Part shown: one piece after another, positions 25,001 through 31,104 of the stretch
How positions within the stretch are numbered: position 1 is the first letter of the stretch
Layout: each line of letters begins with the position of its first letter
Source: Desulfobacterales bacterium
GTDB taxonomy: Bacteria > Desulfobacterota > Desulfobacteria > Desulfobacterales > UBA11574
NCBI GenBank assembly: GCA_032127815.1
Contig: JAQBHK010000411.1
Coordinates: 1-39,024 of the forward strand
Direction: 5' to 3'
DNA: 39,024 nt
Position numbers and translations under genes: made by a program
The notes under the pieces: model-generated
Told to the model about the DNA's origin: nothing
The model's database searches: none
Seen by the model: only the letters and a program-made list of their open reading frames with translations

Positions 25001-25210
25001 CTGTCGCCGATGATCTTTGAGACCTCCCGCCAGGCCCGGTTTTTGATTCCCATGGCCCTTTCCTTAGGGTACGGCATCCTGTTTGCAACCTTGATTACGT
25101 TGGTTCTGGTGCCGTCTCTTTACCTTATTATCGACGATATTTCTCAATTGATGCGAACCAATCCTGTACCTGATATTCATGATTTAAACTTGGAAAAATC
25201 TGAGAAATAG
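22070..25210 (+). CDS. RND family efflux transporter permease (AcrB/CzcA superfamily, 1046 aa)
   Basis: 12-TM RND layout with two large periplasmic loops. VMLVLLLGGL start, GIVVDDAIVVGENV, VVALCGVVVNDSLVLIDF. Confidence 0.9.
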   Translation: MSSLSQNDSERKGAIVWMAGHSVTANLVMLVLLLGGLYMGIRIKKEVFPYFELDLVQITVPYPGASPQEVERGIILAIEEAVQGLEGVNEVRASAREGVGTVTVEMIEGENLQKLAQDIQSEVDRITSFPDEAEEPQVVIVSRKRYVVSLALYGDQSEGVLREYAEYLRDRLLQQPGITQVELTGVRNYEISVEIPQDTLRTHNLTLEEVAQRIGRTSMELPGGAVKALGGDILVRVKERRDYGHEFGKIPIITTNDGTQVLLEDIADIKDGFEETDNAATYNGKPTVMIEVFRVGDQTPVSVSNAAKQVVAEVNQELPPGLAVVLRNDRSDIYRQRMGLLIKNGFMGLGLVFILLALFLEIRLAFWVALGIPISFLGSLLVLPAMDVSINMVSMFAFIVTLGIVVDDAIVVGENVYYHRQRGVPWLEAAISGTREIAMPVIFSVLTNMVAFLPLFFVPGILGKVFRQIPVVVIIVFAISLIECFFILPAHVGHQKPPHKGFFGWIYARQQRFSDAFVRLVIHRYGPLLGLALRWRYVTLSAGIAILMITVGYAKSGRMGFELFPKIESDYALVTATLPFGTAFQKTEKVQKILVRAAQEVVAENGGTTLMEGIFANINDNKAEVRIYLTPPDKRPISTANLTERWRERVGVIPGLEALLFESDAGGPGRGAAITIELSHKDIDLLEKAAAGVAEAMRFYPELKDIDDGFAPGKQQIDFQVKPEARSLGLRSREVARQVRHAYYGAEALRQQRGRNEIKVMVRLPKDERGSEFNLEEMILRTPAGKEIPLRAAVTVNRGRAYTDINRRAGRRIVSVEADVQPRSKAGQVLESLKSEALPALQKKYTGLRYSFEGRQADQRESMQSLMRGLLAALVVIFAMLAVPLNSYIQPMIIMAAIPFGIVGAVLGHLIMGYSLSVLSMFGVVALCGVVVNDSLVLIDFANRKEKAGMSRRDAVHQAGIHRFRPIILTTLTTFGGLSPMIFETSRQARFLIPMALSLGYGILFATLITLVLVPSLYLIIDDISQLMRTNPVPDIHDLNLEKSEK

Positions 25211-25321
25211 CCATTTTAACCCGAACAAATAATCGCTTGTTGCACGAACGGCCCCTATATCTCTCGACAAGTTCAAAAGAGGGTTCAACCTAGGTTCAAT
25301 AAAGTTCTCGGCAATTAATTC

Positions 25322-25432
25322 CTGGGCGACCAGGAGTGCACGATGTCCCATGTGTGCAGCTTCTCCGCCTGCTTGGACGACCGTACCGGCACCGAAGACA
25401 ATATGGCCTGCCGTGGCAAAGGAAAATTGCAT
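25322..25432 (-). pseudogene. N-terminal stub of an iron-containing alcohol dehydrogenase family gene (about 36 recognisable codons)
   Basis: MQFSFATAGHIVFGAGTVVQAGGEAAHMGHRALLV matches the Fe-ADH/maleylacetate-reductase start pattern (F-f----ivFG-G-------e----G--RaLlV). After that the ORF degenerates and runs into the 3' end of the RND gene. The start lies 4 nt after the reconstructed glpK stop. Confidence 0.5.
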
Positions 25433-25436
25433 GGGT

Positions 25437-26949
25437 TTATTCGATCCAGTTTAAGGTTCGCTCAACGGCCTTTTTCCAACCGGCGATGCCCTGAGCGCGT
25501 TGCCCTGATGCCATCTGTGGCTGCCAGGTCTTGTCCATGGCCCAATTGCTTTTTAGTTCATCCCAACCACTCACAAAACCACTGGCCAGGGGCAGCGGCC
25601 GAGGCGGCACCTAAGGCGGTGGTTTCCGTTATTTTCGGGCGCACGACCGGGACGCCCAAAACGTCGGCCTGAAATTGCATCAGCAGTTCATTGGCCACCA
25701 TGCCGCCATCCACACGCAGACTGCTCAGTGCGACGCCGGAATCTTTCTGCATGGCCTCGACCACATCCAGTGCCTGGTAGGCAACAGCTTCCAAGGCAGC
25801 GCGGGCAATATGGTTGCGGTTAATGAAGCGGGTCAACCCAACGATTACCCCCCGTGCGTCCGAGCGCCAGTAGGGCGCAAACAGACCGGAAAAGGCCGGT
25901 ACGATGTAAGCGCCGCCATTGTCCTCTACATTGCGCGCCAGGGGTTCGATTTCAGCCGCGTGCCGTATGAATCCGAGGTTGTCTCGCAGCCATTGCACCA
26001 GGGCGCCGGCAATAGCGATGGAACCTTCCAGGCAATAGATCGGCTTTTCCCCGCGCATCTGATAGCCGACTGTGGTGAGCATGCCGTGGCGACTGGCCAC
26101 CGCCTCCTCGCCGGTGTTGAGCAGCAAAAAACATCCTGTGCCATACGTGTTCTTTGCTTCTCCAACTTCGAAGCAGGCTTGCCCGACCAATGCGGCCTGC
26201 TGATCTCCCAGCGCCCCGCACACCGGCACTTCACCACCGAGGGGGCCATCCTTGCGGGTGGTGCCCCATGTGTCGGAGTCGATGGAGGGTACGATGCGGG
26301 GTAATATCTGGGCCGGAATATTGAGGGTTTTACAAATCTTTTCATCCCAGGCGAGGGTGTGCAAATCCATCAACAATGTGCGGCTGGCGTTGGTCACGTC
26401 CGTAACATGCGCACCGCCATCCGGGCCGCCGGTGAGCCACCAGATAATCCAGGTCTCGATGGTGCCGAACAGGGCGTCACCCGTTTCAGCACCATAGCTA
26501 GCAGCCTCGACATTTTCTAAAATCCAGCGCACTTTGGGACCGGAAAAATAAGTGGCGACGGGCAGGCCCGTTTTGGCCCGAAAGCGATCCTGGCCTCCCT
26601 CTTTGGTCAAATTGCGGCAGATTTCATCGGTGCGGGTACACTGCCAGACAATGGCGTTCATATACGGCCGGCCGGTGCGTTTGTCCCACATGACCGTGGT
26701 TTCACGCTGGTTGGTGATACCGATGGCCGCGATGTTGTTGCCAATCAAGCCGGTTTTGCCCAACGCCCGGCGGATGACCTCGCCGGTGTTGAGCCAAATC
26801 TCCATAGGATCGTGCTCCACCCAGCCGGCCCGGGGAAAAATTTGCGCATGCTCCTTCTGATACTCCCCGACGATGCGGCCGCGCCGGTCGAAAATGATAA
26901 AACGGTTGCTGGTGGTTCCCAAATCCAATGCACCGATATATTCGCCCAT
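25437..26949 (-). CDS. glpK: Glycerol kinase, with an apparent single-base frameshift about 45 codons before the true stop (tracked ORF is 25558-26949)
   Basis: [53 protein letters not shown]. The expected C-terminus [50 protein letters not shown] lies in another frame and ends at 25437. SD AGGAGA. Confidence 0.9.
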
Positions 26950-26973
26950 AGTTGTCTCCTTTCCTCTGATACG

Positions 26974-27819
26974 TTATCGCGTTAAGCCCGTCTGCCCCAG
27001 CGCCTCGTCCGGCAATCCGAGCGCAACGCCCAACAGCTGCGACACCGATACGGCCGGCAGGTCGCTGTAAGCCGCCGTGCCCGACAGGTGTTCACTGCGG
27101 ACCTGTCCGAACTGAAGCTGGCAGTAAGTACACGCTGTAATCAGCGCCTGGGCGCCCGATTCACTAGCATCGGCCAGTTTTCGCTGCATGAGCGCCAGGG
27201 ACAATTGGTTATTCTTCTCCCATAGCGGATAGCCGCAGCAATCCAGGCGCAGCGGCCACTCAACCACAGTTGCCCCGGTGGCCGCGACAACGGATTCAAA
27301 AATGGTCGGCGCCAGCGGGTTGTCGAATTGGGTCACATCACCGGGTCTGAGGGCATGGCAGCCGTAGTGCGCCGCCGCCCGGTAGCCGTGCAACGGATGT
27401 TTAACTCGGGCCTGCAAATGCGCAAGTCCCAGATCCTCTGCCAAGGCAGTCAGCAAGTGGCGAACGACCACATCCTTGGACCATTGCAGGCCGTCCTCTT
27501 GAAGCAGACCATTGACCCGTTCACGCAGTTCGGCATTGCGATGCATCCAAAAATGGGCATGCTTGAGGTTGCCGTAACAGCATTTGCAGGGGGTGAGCAC
27601 GGGCAAACCCTTGCGGGCGGCCATGGCCAGGATGCGGGCGCCGGAGAGCATGGCTGCCGTGAAATCTACGTGGCGCACCGGGTAGCCGCAGCAGTTCAGC
27701 TCGGTCTCCTCCAACCTGACATCAAGGGCCGACAGCACGGCCCGCGTAGCGCGATCATACTCTGGCAGAAACGGTTTTATTTTGCAACCGGGGAAGTACA
27801 GGTAGCGCAATTTGGCCAT
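26974..27819 (-). CDS. HdrB/GlpC-like protein with two CCG (cysteine-rich) domains
   Basis: MAKLRYLYFPGCKIKPFLPEYDRATRAVL...ELNCCGYP and HYGCHALRPG...RLDCCGYPLW. ATG 27819 is preferred (GGAG 9 nt upstream, 4 nt after the upstream stop) over 27876 or 27834. Confidence 0.75.
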   Translation of the reverse strand: MAKLRYLYFPGCKIKPFLPEYDRATRAVLSALDVRLEETELNCCGYPVRHVDFTAAMLSGARILAMAARKGLPVLTPCKCCYGNLKHAHFWMHRNAELRERVNGLLQEDGLQWSKDVVVRHLLTALAEDLGLAHLQARVKHPLHGYRAAAHYGCHALRPGDVTQFDNPLAPTIFESVVAATGATVVEWPLRLDCCGYPLWEKNNQLSLALMQRKLADASESGAQALITACTYCQLQFGQVRSEHLSGTAAYSDLPAVSVSQLLGVALGLPDEALGQTGLTR

Positions 27820-27823
27820 GCGG

Positions 27824-29566
27824 TTAGGCTCCATTTTTTTGTGCTCCCAAATCGGTTGCCAAGATATGTTGTTCAAAACCGGGGTCCGAGGCCTGTACGG
27901 CAGGGGTCAGGCGCCGGCAGGCCTCGTTGCGCAACTCGTAGAGCACATCGGCCACACGAACCCCTTGGGGACAATGTTCCTGGCACTTGTAGCAAGTCAC
28001 GCAATCCCAGACCATGCGGCTGCCGATGGCCGTCTCTTTGAGCTGCAGGCGCATCAGGTTCATTACCTGCTGGGGGGTCAGCTCCAAATCGCGCTGAGGA
28101 TCTTCCGAGACGGCGACGACAGGACACACATTGGTGCAGGTGGAGCACTGGACACAGGCCCAAAAAGTGTTTGGATTGTCTGTGAGCCGCAAAGGCGTTG
28201 CGCGTAATGGAACCTGCGTGCCCAAAGTATCCGGGCACGTCTTGAGGATCTCCGCCCACTGGGGGGCTGAATGGCGACGCATCCAGCCGTGGGCCTGAGG
28301 ATAGCCGTTGCGACTCAAATCAGATGTTGACGCCGCCCACATATCCTGCAAATCGATGCCGGACGGACACCATGCGGTACATCGACCGCAGTCAGTGCAG
28401 ATAAAGCTGCCCTCGGATAAACGTGCTTGGGCGTGGGCATTGCTGCGACCTGCCGCCATCCGGGCGACGCTGTGCAGCTTTTCAGACGGCAAAATATCAG
28501 AATTGGGGATAACTTGGAAAATCGGGCCCACGGCGCAATGCAGCGTACACACCCCGCAATGGGTGCAGGCGTCCAGCCCCAAAGCACGCCGGGTCGGACG
28601 GTTCACGGGTCGATCGGTGGCAGCGCTGCCCAAGGCGCGGCTCACCAGGCTGAACGGAGTAGACACCAAATGAAACGATTTGCTAAACGGCAGCAGGGCC
28701 AGGGCCAGGCAGCCGATCAGATAGTGGGCGTACCTTAAGGCTGTCTCCAGTCCGATAGCGGTGATCCGCGCAGAAAACGGCTTGAGGGCCAAGGCCAAAG
28801 GATAGGAGAGCACGGCCGAACCCGGTCGCGAATGGCATGCCGCACAATACTCTTCATGCTGGCTGCGGCCTTCGTCCAACAGCTCGGGATCGTTCGCAGA
28901 CGGCATCGGTGCAAATGCCACATCGAATTGGGCTGCCCAGTAGGCCTTCAAGGGGGCGATCTCTTTTGGATCATCGCTGTCCATGTAGTCGACCACCATT
29001 TCATCGAACAGAGTCGGTGAAATGATCTGGACCGCCTCCAGCGCCGCTCCGGTGAGGATGATGCCGGAAAGCAACAACAACAACCAACTATCCGCACCGC
29101 GCATGGTACGACGCAGCGTCCGGTTCGCCCGGCGACGCACCCAAGCAATTATCACACCAACCATGACCAGCACACCCAGCAGATTGCGCAAAAACATGAA
29201 CGGATTGAGGGTTGAGGCGTAATCGGGAAAAAGGCGGGCCGTGATCCGATCGTCGAAGACATGCATCAACAGCAGCAAGAGCATGCCGTAGAACAGGGCT
29301 ATGTGCATGACCCAGCGTCTTGGATCCTGGCGCAGGATGTGGATTTGCAGGAGCACTTCCATAAGCAAGGTTCTTAAAAGGACGATCAGACCCCTTGGTT
29401 GCAACAACGCCTTGGCCACAGCACCGAGGGCGCCCAAAGCGCGCTTTGCCAAAGCGGTATCTTCGGCCTCCGGCCCAAGCGGCAAAACCAGCCAACGCCC
29501 CATGCGATACCCGATGCCGACCAGGCAGATGATCAAGGCACCATATGCACAGTAAGTCAGGAACAT
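27824..29566 (-). CDS. Fusion protein: N-terminal polytopic membrane domain (about 5 TM, His-rich, NarI/HdrE/DsrM-like) plus C-terminal domain with four CxxCxxCxxxC(P) [4Fe-4S] motifs (HdrC-like)
   Basis: Start MFLTYCAYGALIICLVGIGY at 29566 (AAGGGA 8 nt upstream, 13 nt after the glpB stop). TM helices contain His (VMHIALFYGMLLLLLMHVF, YAHYLIG). CAACH sits in the TM4-TM5 loop. FeS motifs: CTHCGVCTLHC, CTDCGRCTAWCP, CVQCSTCTNVCP, CVTCYKCQEHCP. Confidence 0.75.
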   Translation of the reverse strand: MFLTYCAYGALIICLVGIGYRMGRWLVLPLGPEAEDTALAKRALGALGAVAKALLQPRGLIVLLRTLLMEVLLQIHILRQDPRRWVMHIALFYGMLLLLLMHVFDDRITARLFPDYASTLNPFMFLRNLLGVLVMVGVIIAWVRRRANRTLRRTMRGADSWLLLLLSGIILTGAALEAVQIISPTLFDEMVVDYMDSDDPKEIAPLKAYWAAQFDVAFAPMPSANDPELLDEGRSQHEEYCAACHSRPGSAVLSYPLALALKPFSARITAIGLETALRYAHYLIGCLALALLPFSKSFHLVSTPFSLVSRALGSAATDRPVNRPTRRALGLDACTHCGVCTLHCAVGPIFQVIPNSDILPSEKLHSVARMAAGRSNAHAQARLSEGSFICTDCGRCTAWCPSGIDLQDMWAASTSDLSRNGYPQAHGWMRRHSAPQWAEILKTCPDTLGTQVPLRATPLRLTDNPNTFWACVQCSTCTNVCPVVAVSEDPQRDLELTPQQVMNLMRLQLKETAIGSRMVWDCVTCYKCQEHCPQGVRVADVLYELRNEACRRLTPAVQASDPGFEQHILATDLGAQKNGA

Positions 29567-29579
29567 GTTTATTTTCCCT

Positions 29580-30866
29580 TCAGCCCAGCATGCGCACGCA
29601 CGCTCGGACAGCCCCATAGGCTGTGGCAATGGCCAATCCGCTGCCGCATTTCTGGCGTTTCCAATCCTGGTGGGCCAGAATGGAGCCCGCGGCAAAAAGA
29701 TTGGGGTAAAGCATTTGTCCGTTTGCATCCACCGGATGGAATTGGCCGTCCACAGCCACGCCGGCCCGGTTGATCGGATGGCCCTCACGGTGCAGCAAAT
29801 CCTTATGGTGCCAGGCTGCGCGATCCTTGGGCTGTACGACGGGCAAATCGAAAATGGTTTCACGAATACCGTGCCTGTCGGCATGCAATCCTTTGCCGAA
29901 AAAACGCCCGCTGCACATGATGGCGCTGCGTGCCGTGATTCGAAAATCAATGTCGGCCCCCCGCCCCACGTCAAACCGCCAGCGCCCGTCAGCCAGGCGC
30001 TGGGCGCCCATGACACGCTGTTGGAAAAAGGGGCGGATTCCCATAGCCGGTAAGCGTTGCTCAAAGATCTCTCGCAAACGCAAACCGGTGACGGCCGGCA
30101 GCATGGTGGGAATTTCAAAAACAGGTACGCCCAATCCTTGCTGCAAATCTTCCATGACGCGGACGGTGCGGTACATGCCAAGCACGGCCGGCAAGCCGAC
30201 GACCTCGGCCGTGCCGATATGCGGACGAATGGCGGCAACGAGCTTTTCTCGACTATCAGCGACATCCAGCGCCCGCGCCATATGCTCGGTGTACAACTCG
30301 CCTTTGGCATCAGGGAAGCCGATGCGTACCGGAATCAGCTCCGGCCAGCGATCGGCCAGACTCAAGGCGATTTGCCGTGCACTGTAACCTTTCAGGCCGT
30401 CAAAGTCCACCAGCAGGCACGATAAGCGATCCGCCAAAGCCGAAGGCCCGCGACGCATGGTGTGCGGCACGGCATAGGTGGGTTTTAGCGTGCCGGCCGG
30501 GGTTAGAACCTCCATGTTTCTTTGTAAAAGTGTAAAATGCGGGTAACCGCTTGTTAATAAAAAAGCCAAAACAATATCGAAAGACTCGCGGATCGAGGCA
30601 ATATCGACAAGAGCATAGGGATGCAAAGGTTCGTCCCGGCAGAGCCGGGTGATGCCTTGCCAGGGATCGTCCAGCACCTTTCCCTGGGCCACCGGATGCA
30701 CACCGAGCAGATCTATTAAGCCGCTGGCAAATCCGATTTCGCCGATGAGTCCCACCTGCACCGTATCGATGCCTTGTCGGGCGGCAAACAGGGTAGCGGC
30801 CATGCCGGCCATGCCGGTACCGATGATCATCAAATCGCAGGTGGTCTCTTTATTATAGGTGTTCAT
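29580..30866 (-). CDS. glpB: Anaerobic glycerol-3-phosphate dehydrogenase subunit B
   Basis: 428 aa. FAD fold start CDLMIIGTGMAGMAATLFAARQG. Positioned directly after glpA. C-terminal ...GSILAHQDW...GSGLAIATAYGA. Confidence 0.8.
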   Translation of the reverse strand: MNTYNKETTCDLMIIGTGMAGMAATLFAARQGIDTVQVGLIGEIGFASGLIDLLGVHPVAQGKVLDDPWQGITRLCRDEPLHPYALVDIASIRESFDIVLAFLLTSGYPHFTLLQRNMEVLTPAGTLKPTYAVPHTMRRGPSALADRLSCLLVDFDGLKGYSARQIALSLADRWPELIPVRIGFPDAKGELYTEHMARALDVADSREKLVAAIRPHIGTAEVVGLPAVLGMYRTVRVMEDLQQGLGVPVFEIPTMLPAVTGLRLREIFEQRLPAMGIRPFFQQRVMGAQRLADGRWRFDVGRGADIDFRITARSAIMCSGRFFGKGLHADRHGIRETIFDLPVVQPKDRAAWHHKDLLHREGHPINRAGVAVDGQFHPVDANGQMLYPNLFAAGSILAHQDWKRQKCGSGLAIATAYGAVRACVRMLG

Positions 30867-30924
30867 GGCATTACCGACTAATGATGCATGAGCTCAAAGC
30901 AGTGAATCGTATATCGCACAGACT

Positions 30925-31074
30925 GAACATCGAACGTCCAACGTTGAACATCGAATAATGATGTCGCTCCGCTCCGCAATTTAATTTCATTCGTTTTTTT
31001 ATTCACCATTCGATCCGGCGGACAAGTGCTTGCTCGCCTCTGGCGAGTTGGATGTTCGATGTTTGATGTTCATC
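30925..31074. repeat. Inverted-repeat element in the glpA-glpB spacer; arms are tandem heptamers (GAACATC/GAACGTC/CAACGTT/GAACATC versus TTGGATG/TTCGATG/TTTGATG/TTCATC). 18-bp stem (16/18) around a 104-nt spacer
   Basis: 30925-30942 is gaacatcgaacgtccaac. The reverse complement of 31047-31064 is aaacatcgaacatccaac. Inner perfect hairpin ctcgcc-tct-ggcgag at 31033-31047; palindrome CAACGTTG at 30939-30946. Confidence 0.65.
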
Positions 31075-31104
31075 TTTTAAGTAAACCTCTCCCAGCCTTC
31101 AGCC

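Noticed and set aside
27824-30310. 828-aa minus-strand ORF suggesting one giant protein spanning the membrane/FeS gene and most of glpB
   Set aside because: Its upstream 248 codons overlap glpB (29580-30866) in another frame and look like GC-rich read-through (Pro/Ala/Arg/Trp-rich, no motifs). A good SD plus ATG at 29566, just after the glpB stop, gives a coherent 580-aa protein.
19629-30387. Many long ORFs antisense to or out of frame with the annotated genes: 19629-20255(-), 22178-22963(-), 23323-23700(-), 24257-24646(-), 25675-26304(+), 25926-26345(-), 27328-28041(+), 27873-28259(-), 29088-29495(-), 29565-30053(+), 29770-30387(+)
   Set aside because: They are typical shadow ORFs of GC-rich coding DNA. 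Their composition is Arg/Pro/Gly/Ala-rich and low in complexity, they carry no recognisable motifs, and each is fully embedded in a gene with strong family signatures.
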